53,129 nt of DNA from Actinomycetes bacterium (GTDB taxonomy: Bacteria > Actinomycetota > UBA4738 > HRBIN12). Positions 24,280 to 33,589 of this stretch are shown in pieces (positions within the stretch are counted from its first letter, which is position 1; every line of letters starts with the position of its first letter). The notes below the pieces were generated by a model. It did not search any database and was not told the DNA's origin. It saw nothing but the letters and a program-made list of their open reading frames with translations. Location: contig JANLXF010000182.1 of NCBI GenBank assembly GCA_031364965.1, positions 1 through 53,129 on the forward strand, given 5' to 3'. The position numbers and the translations under genes were made by a program.

Positions 24280-25101
24280 CTCCGGATGGCCCGTGAGCCT
24301 TCGTCCGGCCGTCTGCAGGATCGACTCGAGCGGATCCGGGTGCTCGGGGTCGTACAGGGCGCTGCCAACCGCGAGCGAGAGCTGTCGCGGGTTCTCGCGC
24401 TTCGCGTCGTGGACCGCGATCGCCTCGACGAGCCGGGAGAGCACGAGCGTCTCGGCGCCGGCCGCGTGACCCGTGAGCAGGACGCAGAAGGTGTCGGCCG
24501 CGATCCGGGACGGGACGTCGGAGTCGCGGACCGCCTCGAGCAAGACCTCGGCGGCGTCGCGCGCCATCCCGTCGGCTTCCTCGGGCTCGCCGGCCGCCAT
24601 CGCGGCGACGACGCCTTCGAGCCGCACGAACAGGAACACCACGGGCAGCTTCGCGCGGTCGGCCATCTTCAGGTGGTGCTCCGCGATCGGGGCGAAGCCT
24701 CGGAGGTTCAGGAGCCCCGTCGCGGGATCGGCGGTGGCGAGTTCCCGGTACAGGCGCCGGTGGGCGACGGCGTAGCGCACGGCCCGCGGCAGGAGCCCCG
24801 TCGGGATCGCGCCGGACACGAGATGGTCCTCGGCGCCGGCGTGCATCGCGATCGAGCCGTCGGCCTCGTGGTCGGCGTCGGTCACGACGATCACGGCGGC
24901 ATCGGGCGCCCCGGCGCGCAGGCGCCCGAGCAGCTCGAGCGGGGGCGTGCCGGCCAGCGTGACCACCACCGCATCGACCCGATCCGGGAGCTCGCCGAGC
25001 ACCTCGGCGCGCTCCACGGTGAAGCCGTCCTCGGTGGCCAGCTCGTCCGCCAGGGCGTTCTCGAGCCCCACGAGCAGCACCGTTACGTCGTCTCGCACCA
25101 T
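24265..25101 (-). CDS. Degenerate receiver (pseudo-REC) plus degenerate GGDEF domain protein with retained RxxD I-site
   Basis: REC-like fold without the acidic pocket: VGLEN replaces DD and VVVTL replaces the phospho-Asp. The GGDEF fold has AADTF in place of GGDEF. RDSD sits exactly 5 residues upstream. SD AAAGGA lies before ATG 25101. Confidence 0.75.
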   Translation of the reverse strand: MVRDDVTVLLVGLENALADELATEDGFTVERAEVLGELPDRVDAVVVTLAGTPPLELLGRLRAGAPDAAVIVVTDADHEADGSIAMHAGAEDHLVSGAIPTGLLPRAVRYAVAHRRLYRELATADPATGLLNLRGFAPIAEHHLKMADRAKLPVVFLFVRLEGVVAAMAAGEPEEADGMARDAAEVLLEAVRDSDVPSRIAADTFCVLLTGHAAGAETLVLSRLVEAIAVHDAKRENPRQLSLAVGSALYDPEHPDPLESILQTAGRRLTGHPESSDA

Positions 25102-25235
25102 CTGTCCTTTCCGGGTCTGTGGCGCGATTATGCCATCCCCGGCGATGCAGCCCGCCGTCGGGCGCGGTCGGGCACCGTGCGGAGCCGCCACAGGAACGCC
25201 ACGCGGCCGAACGCCGAGGGCTCCGGGTCCGCCGG

Positions 25236-25241
25236 TAGGCT
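25236..25241 (+). promoter_or_regulatory. Candidate -10 hexamer (TAGGCT) for a leaderless LCP mRNA
   Basis: TAGGCT, 8 nt, ATG 25250. Confidence 0.35.
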
Positions 25242-25249
25242 GTGAGGCG

Positions 25250-26710
25250 ATGTCCGATCAGACGCCCACCGGCCCCCACGTGCACGGGCGCGCCACGCGC
25301 TGGTTCGTCGCGGTGTCGGCACTTCTTTCGATCGTGATCGCCAGCGGGAGCGGCTACGGGTTCGCCCAGTACCTGGCCGCCAAGCATGAGGACCAGTGCG
25401 ACTGGGCGGGCTGCACGCCGGGCCAGACCCCGAGCTCTCAACCCACCGGCGCCGACGCTCCGGTCGGCCCCTGCGCCGACGATATCTGCAACTACCTCTT
25501 GCTCGGCAGCGACTCCCGGAAGGGTCTGACCCAGGCGGAGATCGATCAGTTCGGCACCGACGCCGCGATCGGCGGTGAGAATCGCGCCGACACGATCATG
25601 GTCGTGCACACCGACCCGAACCTGCAGAAGGCGATCATCGTCTCGTTCCCGCGCGACCTGTGGGTGAACATCCCCGGCCACGGGTACGACAAGATCAACG
25701 CCGCGTTCGAGGGAGGGATCGAGGGCGGCGGACCCCTCCTGGTCGCCAAGACGATCCACGCCCTCAGCGGGCTGAAGATCAACCATTACCTGTATGTGGA
25801 CCTGGCGGGATTCCAAGGAGTGGTGGAGACCCTCGGCGGCGTCGACATGTGTATCTCGGGCGAGAACGTGAATACGCCCGGGTACGTGCAGGGCGAGTCG
25901 GGCACCGTCTACTACCCCGAGCCCGGCTACATCGCGGACCCGTACACGGGGCTGCACATCAAGCCGGGCTGCCAGACCCTCCCGCCGGACCAGGCGCTCG
26001 CGTACGTCCGAGCCCGCCACCTGAAGTGCGACGCGGCCGCGCCCGACTTCTACCGGATCGCCCGCCAGCAGCAGTTCATGCGGTCGCTGATCACGAAGCT
26101 CCTGCAGCCCGACGAGCTGCTGAAGCTCCCGGGGCGGATCCGCCCGATCCTGTCGAACATGAAGCGCGACCCCGAGTTGAACCCGGCCGACCTCGCGTAT
26201 CTCGTGGGCCAGCTTCGTGGGATCAGCACCGGAGCGGCGGAGTTCCGTGCGGTGCCCGGGTACGGCGCGTTCGAGGGCGGGCTCTCGGTCGTGAAGATGG
26301 ACCCCGCGGCGAACCAGATCTTCCGGGCGATCCGCGACGGCAGGCCGCTCGGCGACGCCGGCACGCAGCTCGTGAACACCCCGCCGTCGGAGGCCAACGT
26401 CGTGGCGCCGGTGGTGGACCACTTGTCGGGCGGCAAGGTGAACGGCGTGGAGCAGATCCTCGCCGATGCAGGGTTCGACGTGGCCGCGGGGATCGTCGCC
26501 TACGACGCGTACGGTGCGACCGTGACCGGCAGTTGGATCGCCTATGCGCCCGGCCACCAGGTCGAGGCCGAGGTCGTGAAGAAGTATTTCCCCACGCTCG
26601 AGTTGAAAGAGGTCAAGGGCCTGCCCGACCCCGTGGCGGTCTTCGTGACCTCGGCGTACAAGCCGGCGCCGGTGGGCAGCGGCGCGCCCCTGGACTGCCC
26701 GAGCGCCTGA
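25250..26710 (+). CDS. LytR-CpsA-Psr (LCP) family cell-wall glycopolymer ligase with C-terminal LytR_C domain
   Basis: N-terminal TM helix. LLLGSDSR...RADTIMVVHTDP...SFPRDLWVNIPGHGYDKINAAF LCP core. The start MSDQTP is at 25250; the track ORF over-extends to 24947. Confidence 0.85.
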   Translation: MSDQTPTGPHVHGRATRWFVAVSALLSIVIASGSGYGFAQYLAAKHEDQCDWAGCTPGQTPSSQPTGADAPVGPCADDICNYLLLGSDSRKGLTQAEIDQFGTDAAIGGENRADTIMVVHTDPNLQKAIIVSFPRDLWVNIPGHGYDKINAAFEGGIEGGGPLLVAKTIHALSGLKINHYLYVDLAGFQGVVETLGGVDMCISGENVNTPGYVQGESGTVYYPEPGYIADPYTGLHIKPGCQTLPPDQALAYVRARHLKCDAAAPDFYRIARQQQFMRSLITKLLQPDELLKLPGRIRPILSNMKRDPELNPADLAYLVGQLRGISTGAAEFRAVPGYGAFEGGLSVVKMDPAANQIFRAIRDGRPLGDAGTQLVNTPPSEANVVAPVVDHLSGGKVNGVEQILADAGFDVAAGIVAYDAYGATVTGSWIAYAPGHQVEAEVVKKYFPTLELKEVKGLPDPVAVFVTSAYKPAPVGSGAPLDCPSA

Positions 26711-26711
26711 C

Positions 26712-27770
26712 ATGCGCGCGCTGGTCCTGGCCGGAGGTGAAGGGTCGCGGCTCCGGCCCATCACGCACACGAGCGCGAAGCAGCTGATCCCGATCGCGGG
26801 GACGCCGATCCTGTTCCACGCGTTGCAGGCGATCGCCGCCGCGGGGATCACGGAGGTGGGTATCGTCGTGGGAAGCACGGCCGACGAGGTCCGCGCCGCG
26901 GTCGGCGAAGGCGGGCGCTGGGGCCTCGAGGTCACCTACATCGAGCAGGAGGCGCCCCTCGGACTCGCGCACGCCGTGATGGCGGCGGGCGACTTCGTGC
27001 GCGGCGAGCCGTTCCTGATGTACCTGGGCGACAACGTGCTGCTCGAGGGCGTCTCGCGGTTCGTCGAGGGGTTCGAGCGCACCCGGCCCGACGCGCAGAT
27101 CCTGCTCACCCGGGTGGCCGAGCCCGAGCACTTCGGCGTGGCGGTGCTCGAGGGCGACCGCGTCGTGCGCCTGGTCGAGAAGCCGAAGCAGTTCGTGTCC
27201 GACATCGCGCTCGTGGGCGTGTACCTGTTCGACGATTCGATCCTGGAGGCGTGCGCGACGCTCTCGCCGTCGTGGCGCGGCGAGTACGAGATCACCGAGG
27301 CGATCCAGTGGCTGATCGACACCGGCAAGACCGTGCGCGCCGAGATGGTCGGTGGCTACTGGAAGGACACCGGCCGTCCCGAGGACCTGCTCGAGGCGAA
27401 CCGCATGATGCTCGCGACGCTGGAGTCCTCGATCGCGGGCGAGGTCGACGACGCAACCTCGATCGAAGGCGTCGCGGTCGTCGCGGCCGGCGCGCGCGTG
27501 GCCGGCAGCACCCTGCGTGGCCCGGTCGTGATCGGCCCGGGCGCCTCCATCACGTCGTCGACGATCGGGCCGAACGTGTCGATCGAGGAGGACTGTGTGA
27601 TCGAGGCGAGCACGCTCGAGGACTCGATCGTGATGGAACGCTGTCACATCGAGGGTGTACGCGGCCTCACGGGCTCGATCCTCGGGCGCGACGTCGTGGT
27701 GCGCCATTCGGGCACCCGCGGCGAGCGGCGGCTCACGGTCGGCGACCAGAGTCGCGTCGACCTGGACTGA
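26712..27770 (+). CDS. rmlA: Glucose-1-phosphate thymidylyltransferase (long form with C-terminal left-handed beta-helix)
   Basis: MRALVLAGGEGSRLRPITHTSAKQLIPIAG, YLGDN and EKPK motifs. The C-terminus has hexapeptide repeats. Confidence 0.8.
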   Translation: MRALVLAGGEGSRLRPITHTSAKQLIPIAGTPILFHALQAIAAAGITEVGIVVGSTADEVRAAVGEGGRWGLEVTYIEQEAPLGLAHAVMAAGDFVRGEPFLMYLGDNVLLEGVSRFVEGFERTRPDAQILLTRVAEPEHFGVAVLEGDRVVRLVEKPKQFVSDIALVGVYLFDDSILEACATLSPSWRGEYEITEAIQWLIDTGKTVRAEMVGGYWKDTGRPEDLLEANRMMLATLESSIAGEVDDATSIEGVAVVAAGARVAGSTLRGPVVIGPGASITSSTIGPNVSIEEDCVIEASTLEDSIVMERCHIEGVRGLTGSILGRDVVVRHSGTRGERRLTVGDQSRVDLD

Positions 27771-27808
27771 GCGGCGCCGGCCCCGACGCCCGGCGCGCGC
27801 GACTCGGG

Positions 27809-27814
27809 TAGGGT
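27809..27814 (+). promoter_or_regulatory. Candidate -10 hexamer (TAGGGT) for a leaderless GT4 mRNA
   Basis: TAGGGT, 7 nt, ATG 27822. Confidence 0.35.
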
Positions 27815-27821
27815 CGGCGCC

Positions 27822-28979
27822 ATGCGAGCCGTCATCGACGCGCGCCCCGCGCTCGACCCCCGCCGGACGGGCGTAGGCGTCTACACGCAGCAACTGATCC
27901 GCCACCTTCCCCACGCGGATCCCGGGTCCGAGTACGTGGCCTGGTACCTGCACGCGAAGGGTCTGTTCCGCCCCAAGTCGTTCTTCGCCGGCGTGGCGGC
28001 ATCGAACCTGACCGAGAAGGCCGCGCGGTTCCCCGCGCGGGTCTTCGGCCCCCTGTCCTCCCGGCTGGGCGTGCCACGGATCGAGTGGTCGGTCTCGTTC
28101 GACGTCCTGCTCGCCACGAACTTCCTGCCGCCCGCCACGCATCGGCCCGGCGTCGTGATGGTGGTGCACGACCTCGCGTACGAGCATCTGCCCGATACCG
28201 CCCCGCACATGAACGACCGGTGGCGCCGCGCGTTCGACCGATGGCTCACCCGGGCCGCCGGCGTGATCGTGCCGTCGTCATCGACGAAGGACGACCTGAT
28301 CGCGCGACATCCCGTGGACCCGGACCGGGTGTGGGTGACGCCGCTCGGCGTCGACGCGGCGCAGTTCGCGCCCGCGCCCGAGGACGCGATCGCGGCCGTG
28401 CGGCGCAAGTTCGGCGTCGACGGGCCGTACGCCCTCTTCGTCGGTGGGATCGAGCCGCGCAAGAACCTGGATGCGCTCGTGCAGGCCTTCGCGATGCTCG
28501 AGCCGGGGACGCGGCTCGTGATCGCGGGGGGACCGGTGCGCTGGGACCCTGGAGCGAGCGACCGGCTCGACGCGACGATCGCCGGCCTGGCGCCGGCGGC
28601 ACGCGCCCGGATCGTGCGCACCGGCTACGTGGGCGACAAGGACAAGGTGGCGCTCCTCACCGGCGCGACCCTCCTCGCGTACCCCTCGCTGTACGAGGGC
28701 TTCGGGTTCCCGGTGCTGGAGGCCTTCGCCGCGGGGATCCCGGTGCTCACGTCGAACGTCTCGTCGCTGCCGGAGGTCGCGGGTGAGGCGGCGGTCACGG
28801 TCGACCCCTCCGACGCGAAGACGATCGCCGACGGCCTCGCGCAGCTCTTCGACGACGGGGACCTGCGCGCGATGCTCGCCGCCAAAGGGGTCACGCGCGC
28901 GGCGAAGTTCACCTGGGAGGCCACCGCCAAGGCGACGGCGGACGCCCTGCATCGGGCTCACGACCTGACCGCCGGGTAG
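27822..28979 (+). CDS. Glycosyltransferase, GT-B fold (GT4 family)
   Basis: EGFGFPVLEAFAAGIPVLTSNVSSLPEVAG is an E-x7-E-type GT4 C-terminal signature. Confidence 0.85.
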   Translation: MRAVIDARPALDPRRTGVGVYTQQLIRHLPHADPGSEYVAWYLHAKGLFRPKSFFAGVAASNLTEKAARFPARVFGPLSSRLGVPRIEWSVSFDVLLATNFLPPATHRPGVVMVVHDLAYEHLPDTAPHMNDRWRRAFDRWLTRAAGVIVPSSSTKDDLIARHPVDPDRVWVTPLGVDAAQFAPAPEDAIAAVRRKFGVDGPYALFVGGIEPRKNLDALVQAFAMLEPGTRLVIAGGPVRWDPGASDRLDATIAGLAPAARARIVRTGYVGDKDKVALLTGATLLAYPSLYEGFGFPVLEAFAAGIPVLTSNVSSLPEVAGEAAVTVDPSDAKTIADGLAQLFDDGDLRAMLAAKGVTRAAKFTWEATAKATADALHRAHDLTAG

Positions 28980-29017
28980 ACTCCCGCCCGTCCCCGGCAC
29001 CCGCGCGAGGTTCCGTC

Positions 29018-29995
29018 ATGGCCACCCACACGCACGTGCTCGTCACCGGCGGGGCCGGCTTCATCGGCTCGCACCTGGTCGATGCGCTCCTCGCCGATCC
29101 CGGCACGCGCGTGAGCGTCCTCGACAAGCTGACGTACGCGGGCTCGCGCGCGAACCTATCGGCGCACGAAGGCGACGACCGGCTCAGGTTCGTGCACGGC
29201 GACATCGTCGACGCGGCGCTCGTCGGGCCGCTCGTGGCTGATGCCGATCGCGTGGTGCACGCCGCGGCCGAGACGCACGTCGACCGTTCGATCAGTGGCC
29301 CCGCCGCGTTCGTGCTGACGAACGTCGTGGGCACCCAGGTCGTCCTGGACGCGTGCCGCGCGCACGATCGTCCGTTGCTGCTCGTCTCGACCGACGAGGT
29401 GTACGGCCAGAACGAGCCGGGTGGGAGGTTCGGCGAGGACGACCCGATCCGACCGAGGAGTCCCTACGCCGCGAGCAAGGCGGCCGCCGAGCTGCTGGCC
29501 CGGTCGTACGGGATCACCTACGGCCTGCCGGTCTGGATCGTCCGCGGGACGAACGCGTTCGGGCCCCGGCAGAACCCGGAGAAGGCGATCCCGGTCTTCA
29601 CGACGGCCGCGCTCGACGGCCGCCCCGTGCCGGTCTACGGGCAAGGGCTGCAGTCCAGGGAATGGCTCTACGTGACCGACTGGGCTAGCGCGTGCGTCGC
29701 CGCCTTGCGGCACGGCGAGCCCGGCGACGTCTTCAACATCGGCGACGGCTTCGAGCTGTCGAACATCGAGCTCGCGCGCAGGATCTGCCGCCTCGCGGGC
29801 GCGGACGAGTCGCTCGTGACGTTCGTCGAGGACCGCCCCGGCCACGATCTGCGCTACGGGGTGACGAGCGACCGGTTGCGCGAGCTCGGATGGGCGCCCG
29901 AGATCTCGTTCGACGACGGGCTCGCGCGCACCGTCGAGTGGTACCGCGGTCATCGCGACTGGGTCGAGACGATGCGGGCTGAGGACGTCCGATGA
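29018..29995 (+). CDS. rmlB: dTDP-glucose 4,6-dehydratase
   Basis: VLVTGGAGFIGSHLV Rossmann motif, STDEVYG, and the YAASKAAAELL catalytic YxxxK. Confidence 0.9.
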   Translation: MATHTHVLVTGGAGFIGSHLVDALLADPGTRVSVLDKLTYAGSRANLSAHEGDDRLRFVHGDIVDAALVGPLVADADRVVHAAAETHVDRSISGPAAFVLTNVVGTQVVLDACRAHDRPLLLVSTDEVYGQNEPGGRFGEDDPIRPRSPYAASKAAAELLARSYGITYGLPVWIVRGTNAFGPRQNPEKAIPVFTTAALDGRPVPVYGQGLQSREWLYVTDWASACVAALRHGEPGDVFNIGDGFELSNIELARRICRLAGADESLVTFVEDRPGHDLRYGVTSDRLRELGWAPEISFDDGLARTVEWYRGHRDWVETMRAEDVR

Positions 29996-30837
29996 GGCTC
30001 GTCGTCACTGGGGCCGGCGGGGGACTCGGCCGCGCGTTCGTCGCCGCCGTGCCAGCCCACCACCAGGTGCATGCGTTCGATCACGCGGCGCTCGACGTCG
30101 GCGACCACGACATGGTGCGCCGAACCGTCGAGCCGCTCGCTCCCGACGCGATCGTGAACTGCGCGGCGTACACCCAGGTCGACGGGAACGAGACCGACCC
30201 GGCCCGGGCCGCGCGCGACAACGCGATGGGTCCCCAACACCTCGCGCTCGCGGCGCGCGCCTGCGGGGCCGCCGTGCTGCACGTCTCGACCGACTACGTC
30301 TTCGACGGCGCCAAGGGTGAGCCCTACGACGAGCTCGACGAGCCGGCGCCGATCTCGGTGTACGGCCGCGCGAAGCTCGCGGGGGAGCGGAACGTGGTCG
30401 CGCTCTGTCCCGACCATCTGATCGTCCGCGTCGGGTACGTGTACGGCGGGGGGGCGGACTACCTGACCGGCGCCGTGCGGGCGCTCGCAGACGGTCGCGA
30501 GGCCGGCGGCCTCACCGACCGCGTCGGCACGCCCACGTTCGTCGGGCACATCGCCGAACGGCTGCTTCCGCTGCTCCTGACCCGGCGGTGGGGGACCTAT
30601 CACCTCGCCGCCCCGGAACCGGCCACGTGGTTCGAGGTGCTCAACCGCGCGAAGGCGCTTGCCGGTCTTGCGGGCGGGGTGCGCCCGCAGACGGCCGACG
30701 AGCTGGGACTCCCGGCGCCGCGCCCCGCCTACTCGGCGCTCACCAGCCGGTACCTGCCCCACATGGACGGCATCACGCCCGTGCCAGGGCTCGACGCGGG
30801 GCTCTCAGCCTTCGTTGCTACCCTTCCACCCATATGA
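29992..30837 (+). CDS. rmlD: dTDP-4-dehydrorhamnose reductase
   Basis: [24 protein letters not shown] and YGRAKLAGE motifs. ATGA overlap with rmlB. Confidence 0.85.
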   Translation: MRLVVTGAGGGLGRAFVAAVPAHHQVHAFDHAALDVGDHDMVRRTVEPLAPDAIVNCAAYTQVDGNETDPARAARDNAMGPQHLALAARACGAAVLHVSTDYVFDGAKGEPYDELDEPAPISVYGRAKLAGERNVVALCPDHLIVRVGYVYGGGADYLTGAVRALADGREAGGLTDRVGTPTFVGHIAERLLPLLLTRRWGTYHLAAPEPATWFEVLNRAKALAGLAGGVRPQTADELGLPAPRPAYSALTSRYLPHMDGITPVPGLDAGLSAFVATLPPI

Positions 30838-32237
30838 GATCGGCCCGCCCGCGCGTCGTCGCGCTCCTCGCAGTCCTCACCGCGTTCGCGTTGATCGCGG
30901 TCGCCTGTACGAAGGACGACAGCAGCGGCGGGGGCCGGTCTGCGACCCCCGTTGCCAGTCGGGCGCCCGACGTGTCCGGCACGCCCACGGTCGTTACCGA
31001 CCCGCTCCCCGGCGCGATCGACGTCTCCACGATCCAGACCCAGACGCCGATCAAGCACGTGGTCTTCCTGATCATGGAGAACCGCAGCTTCGACAACATC
31101 TTCGGCCGCTTCCCGGGCGCGAACGGCGCGACGACGGGCATGGACCGCGGGGTCGAGCGGCCGCTCACACGTGCCCCGCTCCAGCGCGCCCACGACATCC
31201 CGCACTGCTACAACTGCAACGTCGCCTCGATCGACGGCGGCCTGATGGACGGCTTCAACCAGACCGAGAACGCCGACAAGTACGCGTACACGCAGTTCCG
31301 TAAGGATCAGATCACGGCCTACTGGAACTGGGCGCAGCAGTACGCGATCTCGGACAACTTCTTCGCGTCGGCGACCGGTCCGTCGTTCCCGAACCACCTC
31401 TACACGATCGCGGCGCAGTCGGGCGGCGCGCTCGACAACCCGAGCCAGCCGTTCTCGTCGCTCCGCGACCAACAGGAGCAGGGCTTCGCGAAGTCGTGGG
31501 GCTGCGACATCGCTCAGCCCGGCGGCTACGTCGAGATCGTCGACCCCGAGGGCGACCTCGTGAAGGTCGACCCCTGCTTCGACTTCGCGACCGAAGGGGA
31601 CCTGCTGCGCAACAAGGACATCCCGTGGGCGTACTACTCGGCCACCAACACCCAGCTCGGCTACATCTGGTCGGCGTACTCGGCGATCGGGCGCTACCGC
31701 AACAACGAGAAGCTGTGGACCCAGTACATGCGCCCGGTCGACGACGTCGTTCGCGACATCAAGGCCGACCGCCTGCCGGCGGTCACGTGGATCACGCCGC
31801 GGTTCCAACTCTCGCAGCACCCCGAGTACAACTTCTGCCACGGCCAGAACTGGACCATCTCGGTGATCGACGCCATCATGAAGAGCCCGATGTGGGAGGA
31901 CACCGCGATCTTCCTGACGTGGGACGACTTCGGTGGCTTCTACGACCACGTGCCGCCGGTGCGACTCGACAAGTTCGGCCTCGGGATCCGGGTACCGATG
32001 GTCACGATCAGTCCCTATGCGAAGCAGGGCTACGTCGACGGCACTCTCGGCGAGTTCTCGAGCGTGCTGCGATTCATCGAGAACAACTGGGGTCTCTCGC
32101 AGCTGACGCGCCGCGACCGCATCGCGAACGATATGTCGTACAACTTCGACTTCACGCAGGCGCCGCGTGAGCCCACCCCGCAGCCGCTGCGCACCGACTG
32201 CAAGGGTTCGATCTGGGACGCTCCGCCGCCCGAGTGA
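30834..32237 (+). CDS. Phosphoesterase-family (phospholipase C / AcpA acid phosphatase, PF04185-like) lipoprotein, copy 1
   Basis: Lipobox [44 protein letters not shown] and [14 protein letters not shown] motifs. ATGA overlap with the rmlD stop. Confidence 0.8.
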   Translation: MRSARPRVVALLAVLTAFALIAVACTKDDSSGGGRSATPVASRAPDVSGTPTVVTDPLPGAIDVSTIQTQTPIKHVVFLIMENRSFDNIFGRFPGANGATTGMDRGVERPLTRAPLQRAHDIPHCYNCNVASIDGGLMDGFNQTENADKYAYTQFRKDQITAYWNWAQQYAISDNFFASATGPSFPNHLYTIAAQSGGALDNPSQPFSSLRDQQEQGFAKSWGCDIAQPGGYVEIVDPEGDLVKVDPCFDFATEGDLLRNKDIPWAYYSATNTQLGYIWSAYSAIGRYRNNEKLWTQYMRPVDDVVRDIKADRLPAVTWITPRFQLSQHPEYNFCHGQNWTISVIDAIMKSPMWEDTAIFLTWDDFGGFYDHVPPVRLDKFGLGIRVPMVTISPYAKQGYVDGTLGEFSSVLRFIENNWGLSQLTRRDRIANDMSYNFDFTQAPREPTPQPLRTDCKGSIWDAPPPE

Positions 32238-33589
32238 CGCGCCGCGGCCCGCTCGTCGCCGCGAGCGTCGCGATCCTGGCCGGGCTGGTGGCGGCCGCAT
32301 GCACGGGCGCGCCGACGGAGCCCGAGCCCGCGGCCCCCAGCGCCGCCGCGACCTCCCCGAGCCCGGTGGTGAGCTCGCCGTCCGATGCGACCGTCGTGGA
32401 CGCGTCCGCGTTCTCCACGCGCTGGCCGATCAAGCACGTGGTCTTCCTGATCAAAGAGAACCGCACCTTCGACAACCTGTTCGGCCGGTTCCCCGGGGCG
32501 AACGGCGCGATGACCGGGATGGACCACGGTGTCCGGCGGCCCCTGACCCGGGGTACCGATCAGGCGACCTACGAGGACATCCCGCACTGCTACGAGTGCG
32601 CGCTCGCCGCCTGGAACGGCGGCGCGATGGACGGCTTCAACCAGACCGAGGCGGCCGACCGTTGGGCGTACACGCAGCTCCACAAAGGCCAGCTCCCGAA
32701 CTACTGGACGTGGGCGAGGTCGAACGTGCTCTTCGACCGCGTGTTCGCGAGCGCCCAGGGGCCCTCGTTCCCGAACCACCTCTATACGATCGCGGCGCAG
32801 TCGGGCGGCGCGCACGACAACCCCCGGCGCACGCCCGGTCTCGGGTCGCTCACCTTCGGATGCGACGCCCCGGCCGAGCAGCTCGTGGCGGTCGTCGACT
32901 CCGAGGGCGTCACGAAGATGGTCCCGCCGTGCTTCGACTTCCTCACCGAGGGTGACCTGTTGCGACGCGCCGGGATCCCCTGGTCGTACTACGCGGCGCA
33001 GGAGGACCAGAAGGGCTACATCTGGTCGGCGTACAGCGCGATCCGCCGCTACCGCGAGCACCCGAAGGTCTGGCAGCAGCACATGTTCCCGGTGGACCGC
33101 GTCGTCGACGACATCCGTGCCGGGAAGCTCCCGCCCGTCACGTGGATCACGCCACGGTTCGAGCTGAGCGAGCACCCCGAGTACAACTTCTGCCACGGCG
33201 AGAACTGGTCCACGAAGGTGATCGACGCGATCATGCGGAGCCCGATGTGGAAGGACACAGCGATCTTCGTGACGTGGGACGACTACGGCGGCTTCTACGA
33301 CCACGTGCCGCCGCCGCAGGTCGACGACTTCGGCTTCGGCATCAGGGTCCCGATGATGGTGATCTCGCCCTACGCGGTCGACGGGAAGGTCTCGCACGAG
33401 CTGGGGGAGTTCTCGAGCGTGCTGCGCTTCATCGAGGACAACTGGGGCCTCACGAAGCTCACGCGCCGCGATCGCGACGCCACCCCGATGCTGAGCGCGT
33501 TCGACTTCGCGCAGGCGCCCCGTGCGCCGCAGCCGCTGCCGCTCCGCGACGACTGTGAGGGGCCGGTCTTCTTCGAACCGGAGCCGTGA
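32234..33589 (+). CDS. Phosphoesterase-family (phospholipase C / AcpA-like) lipoprotein, copy 2 (tandem paralog)
   Basis: Lipobox [44 protein letters not shown] and [14 protein letters not shown] motifs. GTGA overlap with copy 1. Confidence 0.8.
   Translation: MTRRGPLVAASVAILAGLVAAACTGAPTEPEPAAPSAAATSPSPVVSSPSDATVVDASAFSTRWPIKHVVFLIKENRTFDNLFGRFPGANGAMTGMDHGVRRPLTRGTDQATYEDIPHCYECALAAWNGGAMDGFNQTEAADRWAYTQLHKGQLPNYWTWARSNVLFDRVFASAQGPSFPNHLYTIAAQSGGAHDNPRRTPGLGSLTFGCDAPAEQLVAVVDSEGVTKMVPPCFDFLTEGDLLRRAGIPWSYYAAQEDQKGYIWSAYSAIRRYREHPKVWQQHMFPVDRVVDDIRAGKLPPVTWITPRFELSEHPEYNFCHGENWSTKVIDAIMRSPMWKDTAIFVTWDDYGGFYDHVPPPQVDDFGFGIRVPMMVISPYAVDGKVSHELGEFSSVLRFIEDNWGLTKLTRRDRDATPMLSAFDFAQAPRAPQPLPLRDDCEGPVFFEPEP

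Noticed and set aside
24158-26935. 925-aa minus-strand ORF spanning the GGDEF and LCP regions
   Set aside because: The product is extremely Arg/Pro/Gly-rich. It crosses a divergent intergenic region and overlaps two well-supported genes (REC-GGDEF in another frame on the same minus strand, and LCP on the plus strand). Treated as an artefact.
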